Origin: Amoebophrya sp. A120
Lineage: Eukaryota; Protista; Dinoflagellata
Assembly (NCBI GenBank): GCA_905178155.1
Contig: CAJINV010000005.1
Location: forward strand, 6,803,223-6,867,222
Length of the DNA stretch: 64,000 nt
Reading direction: 5' to 3'
The notes beneath the pieces were generated by a model. The model was given only the letters and a program-made list of their open reading frames with translations. It did not search any database and was not told the DNA's origin. A program made the position numbers and the translations under genes. Shown piece after piece: positions 51,255-63,742 of this stretch (the stretch's first letter is position 1; each line of letters begins with the position of its first letter).

Positions 51255-52993
51255 TCGAGCCTCGTTCATAATATTAGCACCTGGGAAGATCGCAGGAGCA
51301 AATTTTTTGAAGGACGGTGATCTAGCGAAAGTGATTAGCAGATAGTATCGTGTTCAGAACTTGAATTTTTACAGAAGAAAAAGCAAGAACTCACTCCTTG
51401 TTGTATTATCTATCATGTTTTGCAGAAAGAACTCACTCGGCGCACGAGCGCCAGCTTGTACAAGTAGCTCTTTCTGCTTCCTGCGGAGATCTTAGGAAGT
51501 CCTGCAGAGATGTAGTTTTTTTCAATTTACCATATTGTTAACTCTTCTTTTGAACAACTACTATCTTCATCTTGCCGCCGAGCGGCATTCGCTTTCACGA
51601 TTATGCTATGGCCCTGACGGAAAGGACTATCAGAGGGAAGTGTGCTGCTGCAGAACATGCCCGGAGAGGGGCTTCATCGTGTGCACAGCGTGCAGTAGGC
51701 TCGTAGAACTCATTTATAATGAAATAGCACTAAAGCAGGTAATATGCAAGAAGTACTTCATTTTTGGATCGAAAAGATTCCTCTAAAGCCAGCCCTTAGA
51801 GAGACTTGACTGAAAATTATTCAAGAAACAAGGACATTCGAACTAAAAAGATCTAGTCTGACATGCGAAATATCATGTACAATGAACGCCTTTTTTTTTG
51901 TATGATGAAAGAAAGTCTGCCGCGTTTTTTTCGTTTTCGGCAAGACCGATGCACGTAGTACTACGTACCTCAAAGAAGCGCAGCTGACAATCTAGGTGAA
52001 GCAAGAGCTGCAGAAGCAAAAAAAAATGTCATAACAGACCGTGATATTCACGAAAGAGTTATTCTCGTCTATACCGTCATTCTCATTCATTAAATTTCAA
52101 GTAATCTTCACGGAGGTTCGCGTTTACCTCGTGAACAACGGATGACGAAAGAGATTGTTGACGAACTGCAATTTTTGCATTCAGTCAAGAACCATTAAGC
52201 AATGGCTGTACAATGCTATCGTGGTGTGCAATACAAGAAATCGCTCGTAAGTCTTGAAGTTGTCAAGAATTATCGTGGGAAATGCCTGTCGTATACAAGA
52301 ACGACGTCCGTGATTTATGCTGAGATTTTTAGGATCCTAGGCTGTCTTGTTTTCCATGTGGTCGTGGCGGTCGTGACTCTGACTACTGTACATCCATTCC
52401 AATGCGGAAGCTGCTCGTCCCGTCTGTCGGTCCCAAGTCAATTTCATCGTAGGTCCTCTCGTAGGTGTGATCTGGTATTGTCTGCTCCACCGTCGTCAAA
52501 ACTTTCCTTGTCGTGCTGGTCCAGTAGTACAATCTTTTCCATAAATCGTGGCTCCGTAGTACGTATCTATAGATACCGGTTTTCAAGAACACTTTGGTGA
52601 AAGCGAAAAAAGTGGAAGCATGTCATCTTCTCTATCTTCGTGGAATCTATTTCGTTTTCGTGAAGTAACATTGGTGCGGCCAGTCGTTTTACTTAATCCG
52701 CGGCACTACATCAACTACAACAACTCGTAGGCTTCAATTGTTGTATCTGCCTTTGCTATAAATCTAAATGAGTCGTGCTGTAAGAACTGAAAACATCTTA
52801 AGCAGGTTTTTTTTTCGAATGGGGACGAACAGGGTAGTTGTGCGCAGTTTTTTTCTTTTGTAATCTAGGAAACACTTTTTCAAACCAGAAATCAAATCCG
52901 ACGTGTCGCGTTGTACCGCCCAACTTCGTCAGCACAACACTGCCATCATCTACTTTCGAATCTTCAGAGAGTCCCTGCTGACACAGAAACAAG

Positions 52994-55900
52994 ATGACGA
53001 AGTTTATCATGTGTAAAAATTCCGCTATCCTCTCGTGCGCAGCTCTCCTGGCCGCTGCTTTCCAGGTGGAGCAACAAGTAAGTCCTGTCGTAGGCCTCGG
53101 CACAGTGAAGCAGCAATCCCTTCTCCGCCGCCGCGGGAACAGCAGGAGAACGAAAAAGGAGGTAGAAAACAAGCATGTAGATGCTGCAAGAACTTTATCT
53201 TCCGAAGAGGGAGCGAGGGCGGATGGTACAGAAGGAACATCACTTTCATTCCCCCGGGCGAGCAACTTGTTGCAGAAGAAAGCGACTGTGTCGGCGCAGC
53301 ACAACGCTGGGCTGCTGACCAAAGGGCCGCTCACATTGGTCCGAGACGAGGAAGAGGACCTTGGTGTTTCTCATGCTGTCCAACACGCACAAGAGGTGGA
53401 CGGTGCAGCAGATCGAAAGGTGGGCACGGGCACGGCGGAGAAATTGAATTGGGAGGACAAAGACACCGATCTGAAAGCGGTTGTTCGCAACACCACCGAT
53501 GTTCATGACGGAGATCTCGTGTCCTCCTTTTCGTCTACAACGATGGAGACCTCCGCGAAACTACAGGAGAAGAAAAGCCAGATGTTGACCACGACGACGG
53601 CGAGAAAAAACCAACTCGGCTTCCACATGTACTCCCAGCGGTTTCAAAATCGCATGCGACTCTCCTTTTCCCTCAACCTGTTCGAAAACGGGATTGAGGG
53701 GGTGGCGGAGAGGATGGGGAACGTGGCGCGGATGTTCACTGACCCAGGGGAAGCGATCAACGAGATGAAAGAGTACGTCTTTCAACAACTGGAGAAAGTG
53801 GCGAAGCAGGTGTCTGAAATGGGGTTTTCCAACCTGATTTGGAAGTTGGTCGAGTTGGTCATTTATCCTGTGCAAAAGTATCGTACTCGTATTGCAATCG
53901 TGCATTACAATTTTTTTTCTCAACGTAAATCCGCATTACAAATTTCATTTCTCATGCTGAGCTAATTTGTAATGCATTTATACGAATACGATACTTTTGC
54001 AATGCATATCATTGGCGGCGATAAAGTCGACATGCTGAAGCCGTTTCTAGTGCAGTGTGCGGATAAATTTCGCACTCTGTTGAGTCAGATCATGGGCAGT
54101 ACCACGTCGCAGGCGCTGGATGGGTTGATGGCAGGTGGAACTAGTACATCTGGAACAAGTACTACGGAAGACGAGGAAATGGAAAATGAAGACGGCAGCA
54201 GTAGTACAAGCTCTAGCAGTTCCTCTTTTGCACAAAAAAGTAGAAAGACGACCACGAGCAGCAAAATGCGTTTTTTCAAGGCGAAATTGTTATCTTCCGG
54301 AAACAACGTCAACGACAAAATTATGCAGAACAAGGTCGCCCCTTCGGAGGTTTCCGGCGCGTTTTCGTCGCTTTTCAAGATGGAGCTGTTCACGGCGGAT
54401 GGCTTCTTGAAAGCGTTCAAGGATCTGGTAAGTCACGTGAAGGAAATGATCAAAAGCCAGTTCATGCCGGACGTTTTTACCGCGTCCCTCACAACCTATG
54501 AGAGTGCACAACCCCCCCTCCCCCTCATTCGCATTGCATGAGCAGCAATACAAATACCAGCACACGTGGAGCCTGCGCATGACAAATTCATGCGCCTAGT
54601 CGTGTAGCACTGTTTGGACTTCCTGAATCTGTCATGCAAAGAAACAAGGCCGCAGGGAAGCCCTTGGATTTGGGCTTTTGCATGACAAATGAGGGGGAGG
54701 GGGAGTTGTGCACTTTCATATCATCTTTCTGCATTCCATCGGCGAAATGGTCACGGAGTTTATCATATCAAAAGAAAAAATCCCCCCTCCCCATATCAAA
54801 ACGAGGTTTCTGATGCTGGATTTGGGTACACAAATCAGATTTATCTTGCTGGAGAGGACTGCAGGCCCATACCAAGACTGAGTAGAGATGTTTTGGGCTA
54901 GGCGCTGAGCATGGCAAACGTCTAGTCTGTAGGGCCACCAGCATCACAAACCGCCTGCAGAATGCGGCGGAGACTGTGCAGCTGCGTTCTTGCAAGACAG
55001 AGACGATTTGAGGTCGCAAATCAGCATTGCAAATTTTCTGAGATCTACCTTTTCGATATGGGGAGGGGGGATTTTCCCTTACGATATATCACCGAGAACA
55101 TGGGAAAGCCCTTTGACACCATTGTCGCTGCGGGGAAGAAGTTACAGTCGGACTTCAACAATTTCGTCGGGGGCTTACAAGACGGACTCGACCATGTGGG
55201 GGAGCAGTTCGAGGACTTCGCGGACAACGTCGGCAATGCCGCAAAGGACGTCGGCAACCGCATGACAGACGCAGCGAACGATGTGAAGAGTGGCTTCAAA
55301 GACGCGGCCAGTGCCATGAAAGACAGCATGCAGGAGGGCTGGGATTATGCATTGCAAATATGTCTGGGTCTGGGAGATTGCGAGATTTGTCATGCTAGTG
55401 TAGCATGACTGTGAACTTTCTTTGTATTACGCGGCCGCAAAGACGAGCTCTTCTTGCCTGTCATGCCAAAACGCAGTTTGTCATGCGGAGTACTACGCAA
55501 CTCAGAACCACGGAATAAAAACTTGTCATGCTCGGCAGCGCATTAGAGTGTGCTCACTATTTCCTTCCTTGCATCACAAGTTTCCAGACCCAGACATACT
55601 TGCAATGCATAGGGATCGCCTCTCCTGGTCTCGACGACGTGGCAGATCCAGTTTTCTGCTACGAGGGATGAAAAGTTTTGCTGCTTTTGATACGGTAGTT
55701 CTGGAGCACCCTGAAACCGTGATGTCTGGCGCTTCTTCTCCCCTCGACGATCTCGAAGATGGCAACGACGACGACGACCAAGGAGCTTCATTTTTCGAGC
55801 GAAAAGTGAAACATTTCGAGGCAAGATACCTCGCCGCGATGAACAGCACTACATCTTCAGTTCTTGCTGGTGCGGCTTCCCCTACAACTTCTATCAGCAA

Positions 55901-58900
55901 CGAGGCTCGGTTTCACAAAACCCTGCAGCAAATTTGGAAAAACGCCCAAGACCGCCACGAAGCGTTCCTCCAAACCGATCCTCTGGAGGAATTGGTGGAA
56001 GTGGAAATTACCGACAGAAATTCGAATTCGACAACCACCAGCAAAAGAAAACAGATCATGACCCGTGGCAGCTTTCTGCAATTGGAGCAGAAGGATTTTA
56101 TGGATCAAATCATGCAATTCGTCCTGAAGTTTGCGAGCTACGTGCTGGGGAAAAACATTACCAGCTTTTCGGACATCTTGGCCAGTCTGGTGGATGTGAT
56201 ATTACAATGAAAAATGCCTTTGCCTCCACCCCAGACCTCGGCAGCATTTGCATTGCCAATCTTTCCATTGGAAACATTTCCCGTCTTGCATATATCAGCA
56301 TCACAAATTTTGTTCCATGCTGAATAGCTCAAATTTGTGTTGCAAAGGAGCCCAATAGCAGCCGGATCTGTTATGCAGAAGACACCTTGCCGCGTACCTA
56401 GATCCTGCATCAGAAAGGCTTGCAGTGCTTGATGCAAGACAAAAAGCTTTCATGATTCGGAAACTTTGCATGAGAAACTTTTGTAAATTCCGGGGTGGGG
56501 GCATTTTTCATTGTAATATGTGAAGGCCATCATCCACAACATCCAGAAGGCCGTCCTGTCGCTGCTCGGAAGCCTCGGCGAGAAGTTTATCAAACCTTTG
56601 ATCAGCGTGTTTTCCCGGACCTTTTTCCAGGTGATCTACGACCCGTTGGTGTCCACCTCTTCCCAGTTTCTCGGTGACACCATTTCCGGCCTCATCGGCG
56701 CGGGGTCGCCCGTGTCTTTCGTCGGAGGCATGATCGGCCCGACCATCCAAATGACACTTCTCCAAGTCGGAACCACCCTACAAGGCATCGTGCTGCCTCT
56801 GTTCAAAAAAGCGCTGGAGGCGATTCTCCCCTCGGCACTGACGAAACTTTTCAAAGGGGTCACCGAATCCATCGCGGATGGGAACACGGAGGACGTGTTG
56901 AAGGGCGTTCTTGAGGTGGGGAGTAACGGGGGGGTTGTGGCAGAGGAGGACGGCGATGGAGATAGTACTTCTTCGACCACTAGTTTCGCTCAGAAAAACA
57001 AAAAAGCACTTGCAGCTGCGATGAAGAAAACCTCAACGAAAGCGTCCAGCAGAAAAACACGGAAAGTGGCTAAAAGCAAACAAACAACGAAGAAACATCA
57101 AAAGAAGTGGTTCAGCAGTCTTCGAAAGACGTTGACGAGCGCCAAGGAATCGCTCTTCGGGGGCGGCGGGGGTAAGAAGACCACGACTACGACGCCAACC
57201 ACGACTACAACGAGAAAGCCAACCACGACAACGCCAAAGCCAACGACGGCGGCGCCGGCACATGACTACGAGCACGACGTCTACGAGGACGCGTTGAGTG
57301 GCATCGTTGGTGAAGAAGACGACGACACTGAAGAAGTTGAGCGACCGGTACGGGAACAAGAACAAGTTGAGGACGATGAAGGTGAGGATGACTTGTACGA
57401 GGATGCAGTTGAGAATGATGATGTATGAACTGCAAAAGTATTGTACTCGTGTAAATGCATTACAAATTTTCCCAGCATGAGAAATAAAATTTGTAATGCT
57501 GATTTGCCTTGACAAAAAAATTTGTAATGCAAGACCTGCATTTATACGAGTACGATACTTTTGCACAGGATATGATGTTGACAAGCACGACGTCTACGAG
57601 GACACCATGGAAGATGATGATGCTGGTGAAGAGGAAGATGAGTCTATGCAAGGAAAAAACTGTGTAACTGTAAATCTGTGATGCAGAAACTGCAAAACAG
57701 TTTACACTTGTCATGCTGGAGGTGCGTCATAGGCTACTATCATACGTGTTTCCACTTACTAGCTGCGCATGACAGGTTTTCCCTGTAATGCAAAGCGAAT
57801 TTGTGATGCTGCTCTTTCACTTTCTACAAAGTTACACTTACACAGTTTTTTTCCTGGATACAGTCAGGCACCAGCGCTGGTCGTTCCTCCCGCCACATTC
57901 AGGCCGTGATCAACAGGGAGACGCAAAAAGTGAAGCGGGACCTAGAAACCGTGAACAAAGACCAAATCTCCAACGACGACGAAGTGGAGCCCGGGAGTGG
58001 GGTGGTGGATGGGGAAGATGAGATGGCGAGGGACATGGCAAAACGGATTGACAAGGCTGTGGTGGTGGTTCATAAAACTAAAACCTCAAGCGAGAAGGTA
58101 CACGGATTTGTGGACGATCAGGATGATGATGAAGATCAAGACGACACATTCTCTTCCACCTCCTTATGGAGTTCTCAAATGTTACATTCTCAACTGTTAC
58201 ATGATTTGTCATGCAAAATGACCATGACCCGCCAGACGATCAAGCTGCTTCGCATGACAATTTCTCGGAAGGCTAAGTAGCACTGTAATCCGGATCAAAC
58301 CTGTAATGCAAGACGCGCAAGGTTCTCCCTCTCACCTGTGCTAGTCTTGCATTACAAATTCATGTAACAGTTGAGAATGTAACGTTTGAGAACGCCATAC
58401 TCCTCTTTCACCGAGTTTCACGTCCACCTGAACCAAAAACACCAGTTCAAACTGTCCCTCCTGCATTATGGCGTTCTCAACTGTTACATTCTCAACTGTT
58501 GCGTGATTTGGCATGCAAAATGGGCATCAACTTCAACGTCCACACAGTGAAGCTGCCTCGCATGACAAATTTTGGAAGGGCTAAGCAGCATGGGAATCTG
58601 TGCCGAATTTGTAATGCAAGAGTTGCAAGATCCGGCCTTTTCCTGGTTCTTGCATCACAAATTCATGTAATAGCTGAGAATGTAACAACAACAAGTGAGA
58701 ACGCCATATGCACGAAAAAGTCCTGGAAAAGCGGCAGAAATCGGATTCCTACAGTGCCATGAGTGATTTCATGATCTCCGGGATGAAAACGGCTTTCAGC
58801 TACATCCGAACCAATTACCTTCCGAAGTGCCCGGAGGGAAATCAAGCGAGTCCGACCCAGATGGCGCAGGCGATTGACTCGTCTTCGCAATTGGTGGAAA

Positions 58901-61900
58901 ATCTCCCTTTCTGGTCGACGTTTCAGGAGTATCTGAAATCGGTCAGTGAAGTGCAGCTGCGGGGATTGGTGAGGTCTACGATTGAAAAAGTGATTGACGT
59001 GATTGGCAGTGGATTGTTCGAAACGGTCATCCCTTTTTTGGTTTCGCTACCAGTCTATCGACTGCAAATATGTCTGGGTCTGGAACGATGCAGCTTGTGA
59101 TGCTAAATTTGGATCATGGAAAAATTTGTGTTGCATGATTACCAAAAGCTGTCCAGTTTTGACCAAGTTAGGCGGGAGTTTCTCATGCAGGGTAGGCATG
59201 ATACAGATCTCACAGGAGAATCTGTCATGCTAGATCCTGCATTCCGGACCTCATGCGTCATGTTGGACCTGCATGAGAAGTCTTGCACTCTTCTAGACCC
59301 AGACATATTTGCATTTGATACAGTCGTTGGAAACGCGATTTCCTCGATCAAGCCGGGGATTCGTGCGGCGTTTAATTACGTCGCGGAGAAGATTTTGGAA
59401 CAGGCGGAGAGAATCGAGGACTGGCTGGCGGGATTCGGGGAAGACATGGGGGAAAGGTTGGTGAACATGTTTCTCGAGCGGGTTCCGTGTCTGAACCTCG
59501 TGGATCATATCCACAAAAAGAGACCTAGACCTAGTACGTACCCCCATGATCCATTTTTTGCGTCACAAGCACCGGCTGTGACGCATGTCCTTCTTGTTAT
59601 GCGTGACGAATTGCCAAATTGGATGGGGATTATTTGGGGTCTTTTTTTGTGGATAGATCAGATGGAGGAGTGGATCTTGGGTCAGGTATGAGAGTGCACA
59701 ACCATCCCTCCTTCTCATTTGTATAGCATGAACAGGAATACACACACCAGTACACGTGGAGCCAATGCATGACAAATTTGCGTGCCTAATGTAGTACTGT
59801 TTGGGCTTCCGGAATTTATCATGCATACAGTGCCACAAGGCAGCGACTGGATTTGGGGTTTTGCATGGCAAATGAGGGGGAGGGGGAGCTGTGCACTACC
59901 ATATCAGGCGGAAATGGACGACATGACCGAGGCGGCGCTGACAAAGGAGAAGGAGGATGCAGAGGAGAAGGATGCAGCTGAAAGTCATGATGTTGATGAC
60001 AGCGCTGCGGGTAGTACTACAGCAGAAGAAGATGATGATGATGACGATACAACGGACGACGATCACGACAACGTCTTTGTCGCAGAGGAAGAAGATGATG
60101 ACGATGAGGACCAAAATTTCTCCACTTCTTCCGGCTTCGTTCAAAAGCGGATGCAAATGGACCGGTTTTTGCGCGGTATCCAAGACGACGTGGTAGGTGG
60201 ACATCAAAAGCAAGGAGAAGAACACTTCGACGATGTTGCCGGCCCCAACGACGACGACGACGAAGCGTTTGCGAAGGACATCGTGTCGGTCAAGTTGCTG
60301 CGTCGCTTGAATGTGCATGCTGGAACAACTACTGGTCGTGCTGACCTGCAAGAACACTACAACTTCGATGTCTTTTCCACGAACAACCTGACCCTGCTCG
60401 AGACGTCGTCAAGGTCGTACACAGCAGCACTCGCCACTGAAACAAGCAAAGTCCAGATGAAACAAAAGATGAATCTGGACACGTTTTTCGCCAAGTTCAA
60501 CGAGGTCAAAGAGCACATCGTCACTGAAATCGGGAGCAAACTACCGGAATTTGTCGACAAAGTGTCGGAGCTGGTGAAGAACACCTTCCAGGCCCCGTTG
60601 AAAACCTTACTCAGTAACAACATTCTCGCCAGTATGATTGCGATGCTTGGGAAGGGCTTTTGCCGCATCGTGGTGATGGCGTTTCAAGCGGCCATGCCCT
60701 TTGTCAGCACGGCGGCGACTACCGCGGGTAACGCGATGCTTGGGGAAGCCAACATGAAGATGATTACGAGCGCTGCGTCCACGGTGATGCCGTGGCTGAT
60801 TTCGAATTTCCTGTACGAAGCAACCCCAATCCACAACGCGTTGAAAATATGCAATGCAAATATGTCTGGATCTGGAAGAGTGCAACTTGTGATGCTGCAT
60901 TTGGATGCTGAAAAAAATCTGTATTGCATGAGGAGCGAGATGAGTCAAATTTGGCTACGCGGAGAGGGCATTTGTCATGCGGGATGCGCATCGATAAGCG
61001 CGGAAAAAACCTGTGATGCGAGAGCATACATCACAGACGTCATGGATTATGGAAAATGTGCATAACAAACAGACATATTTGCATTCAATAGAAAATGCTC
61101 GTTGACAAGCTGCTCGCGGACGAAACGATCAAGGGCATTTTTGACGCGGTCGCCGAATTATGAGAGTGCACAACTCCGCCTCCCTCTGATTCGTATTGCA
61201 TGAGCAGCAATAGAAACACCAGCGCACATGGAGCCTGCGCATGACAAGCTCATGCGCGTCATGTAGTACTGTTTAGGCTTTCAGAATCTGTCATGCATAA
61301 TAGTAACGCAAGGGAGCACTTGGATACTCATGGGATTTTGCATGAGAAATGAGAACGAGGGGGAGTTGTGCACTGTTATACGAAGTGATGAAGCAGCTGA
61401 AGGGCATTGGCGCGTTTTCCCTGTTCACCGACGCGTTAGAAGAGGCTTGGAACTCGATTAAGTCGAAACTGACCGGGGCAGATTTGCCGAGCGAAGAAGT
61501 GACAAATGAGGTCGAGGCGGAACACGAAAATGCGCTGAGTGCCCTGATATAAAGTGCAAAAGTATCGTACTAGTAGTAGTAGAAACAAGTAGCATGAGAA
61601 GTTTTCATCTGAGCGTGAGCAGACATGAGTTTGGTATATGCGGATTTACCTCATTCAACAAGAAGGAGATCGAGATTAAGATTTGCATTTGTAATGCATG
61701 ATTTCGATTGAGTACGTGTACGACGAGTGCGATACTTTTGCAATGCATATCTGACCTTTACCAAAGCCGACCTAATCGAGGAGGAGCTCGCGACCGAGTG
61801 CCCCACTGGCTACGAGCCGCTGGCCGATTCCGACGAGTGCGTGGCGGCGATGCGACTGCTCTACCCCCCGGATCTGACGCTCGCGGAATCGGAGCGCAAA

Positions 61901-62495
61901 CCGTGGAACCAAGCGGGTTTGAGCAAGGCGGAGAAAATTGCCGTCATCAGCGAGAGAAACGTGCCGCTGGGGTGCTTGAAAATATGAGAGCGCAAAACTC
62001 CCCCTCCCCATCATTTGTATAGCATGAACAGCAACCAATTGCAATGCAAACACCACCACACGTGGAGCCTATGCATGACAAATTTGTGTGCCAAATGTTG
62101 TAGTACTCCTGTTTGGGCTTCCGGGATTTGTCATGCAAACAGTGCCACAAGGAAGCGACTGGATTTGGGGCTTTGCATGACAAATGAGGGCGAGGGGGAG
62201 TTGTGCACTTTCATAGAAAAAGTGGGACATGGTGAAGCGTGAGTACACGCTGGAGTACAATCGGGAGGAGGAGGATGATATCCATCCTGTGCAAAAGTAT
62301 CGTACTCGTATAAATGCCAGACTAGCATGACAAATCTGGTTTCTTAGGTAATTGAGCATGACAAATTCAATTTTTCATGCTGAGGAAATTTGTAATCCAT
62401 TTATAGAGTAGGGTACGATACTTTTGCAGTTCATAGATGACGTTGCCGCGGGAAGGCATTTGCAGAAAGTGAATCTGATTTGTGTCAAGGTTTAA
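52994..62495 (+). CDS. Large secreted polyprotein-like hypothetical protein, copy 2 (~1921 aa, 16 TIR/TSD introns)
   Basis: 17 exons sum to 5766 nt (divisible by 3). Stop TAA at 62493-62495. Confidence 0.85.
53864..54008. mobile_element. Introner F1 (shared)
   Basis: TSD tcatt. Confidence 0.93.
54497..54720. mobile_element. Introner F4 (shared)
   Basis: F4 TIR, decayed TSD caacc/tcatc. Confidence 0.86.
54766..55086. mobile_element. Introner F6 (copy 2 only)
   Basis: TSD tatca; empty site at 39515. Confidence 0.94.
55346..55611. mobile_element. Introner F2 (shared)
   Basis: TSD gggat. Confidence 0.93.
56200..56518. mobile_element. Introner, F6-like (copy 2 only)
   Basis: Perfect 19-bp TIR tattacaatgaaaaatgcc, TSD tgtga; empty site near 42499. 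Confidence 0.95.
57424..57572. mobile_element. Introner F1, reverse orientation (shared)
   Basis: TSD tgatg. Confidence 0.93.
57645..57860. mobile_element. Introner F5 (shared, without the internal insert)
   Basis: TSD gagtc/cagtc. Confidence 0.9.
58165..58399. mobile_element. Introner F3 (copy 2 only)
   Basis: TSD ctcct. Confidence 0.93.
58467..58708. mobile_element. Introner F3 (copy 2 only)
   Basis: TSD tgcat/tgcac; empty site near 45972. Confidence 0.93.
59056..59320. mobile_element. Introner F2 (shared)
   Basis: TSD cagtc. Confidence 0.93.
59687..59903. mobile_element. Introner F4 (shared)
   Basis: TSD tcagg. Confidence 0.92.
60848..61090. mobile_element. Introner F2 (shared)
   Basis: TSD gaaaa. 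Confidence 0.91.
61159..61380. mobile_element. Introner F4 (shared)
   Basis: TSD cgaat/cgaag. Confidence 0.9.
61548..61749. mobile_element. Introner F1 (shared)
   Basis: TSD cctga/tctga. Confidence 0.9.
61983..62215. mobile_element. Introner F4 (copy 2 only)
   Basis: TSD gaaaa; empty site near 49505. Confidence 0.94.
62279..62435. mobile_element. Introner F1 (copy 2 only)
   Basis: TSD gatga; empty site near 49563. Confidence 0.93.
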
Positions 62496-63407
62496 AGATC
62501 ATAACGTTCGTGTTTAAGAAGCATTATTTTCTTTCACTCAGGAACGAGAAGTACTGCTACATGTACATTCACATTCAAGAAGTGGGGTTTGTTTCCTAGT
62601 TTTCATAAATTTTTTTGCATCCTTTGAGTTGATAAAGTTATTTGCGTTTCGCTTTCGGATTTTTTTTTTGATCACTTCGTCGTACTACCTAAAATATGAA
62701 CAGCTTGCTACCTACATGACTTTCAGTTTCAACATTATACCACATTTTTGTATTGTTCATTCATCACTTATTTTCGAGGCTTTCCTGTTTAGCAAGAATT
62801 AGAATTACACCGCATCTTCGTACGTTTTCAAAATTTTCTGTTGTAACAGTTGCAGTTGGGTTTTCTTTTTTCATCACATGATGCACAACGTACTAATCTT
62901 CGCTTTATTTCAGACAAGCTTTTTTGGGAAACAATTGTACATATCAACTTTCACATAAAACATTTTAGCACGAAGAAGCGACGTAGCCGCGAGCCCACCG
63001 CTGGTTATTCGTGAGTGCTGCCGTCACGGGGGCAGCGCCAGCAGTTTTTGTTGAAACGAGAAGAATAGAGAGAAGCAGTTCTCTTTGCACAGCATCATGC
63101 GAGCGGATTGGGATTGTGATTTTCTTTTTGGTCTTGCTAGATTTTTCCACTTGAGAGAATTTTTATCGAACGGAGCGTTTGCACATGCACTACTCAGTGA
63201 GATGAGTTGCTTTTGACGAGAGATGAATTGAGTGACAACCACATGGGGTGGTCCACCTAACAGGTGGTCGGTACGTTTTTACTTGACTCTGGTGTCGGTA
63301 CGTTTTTACTCAGGATAAAGCGTTTGAGACACTATAACTCGCCGATGGATCCGGAGAGGCTTTGGGTACATCTGAAAGACGAATACAAATTCCAGGTTGC
63401 CGCACTG

Positions 63408-63673
63408 TATCAAATGCAAATATGTCTGGGTCTGGAAGTAGATCCCGAGATTTGTCATGCAGTTTATCCAAGCTCCATCAAGCCTGGAATGCAGGTTCTA
63501 GGATCACAGGATCTGCAGCCCCTTGGTGATGCCTGCTCTGCATGAGAAATGCCCTCGCAGCATGGCCAGAAATGGGCACCTTTTGCAAGTGTCGCAACAC
63601 AGATTTTTGTGCGATCCGCAACATGCATCACAAGTTCGCATCCTTCCAGACCGAGAGATATTTGCAATGCATA
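63408..63673. mobile_element. Introner F2
   Basis: TSD cactg/cgctg; empty site near 34100. Confidence 0.92.
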
Positions 63674-63742
63674 CGCTGTATGACTCTCAGCCGGTGGTGC
63701 TGCAGGATTTTTTCGCCACGGCTCTAACGTCGTTGAAGGTTG

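Larger units (their letters stand above)
50905..63264 (+). repeat. Segmental duplication, copy 2
   Basis: Colinear with 35660-50393. Confidence 0.95.
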
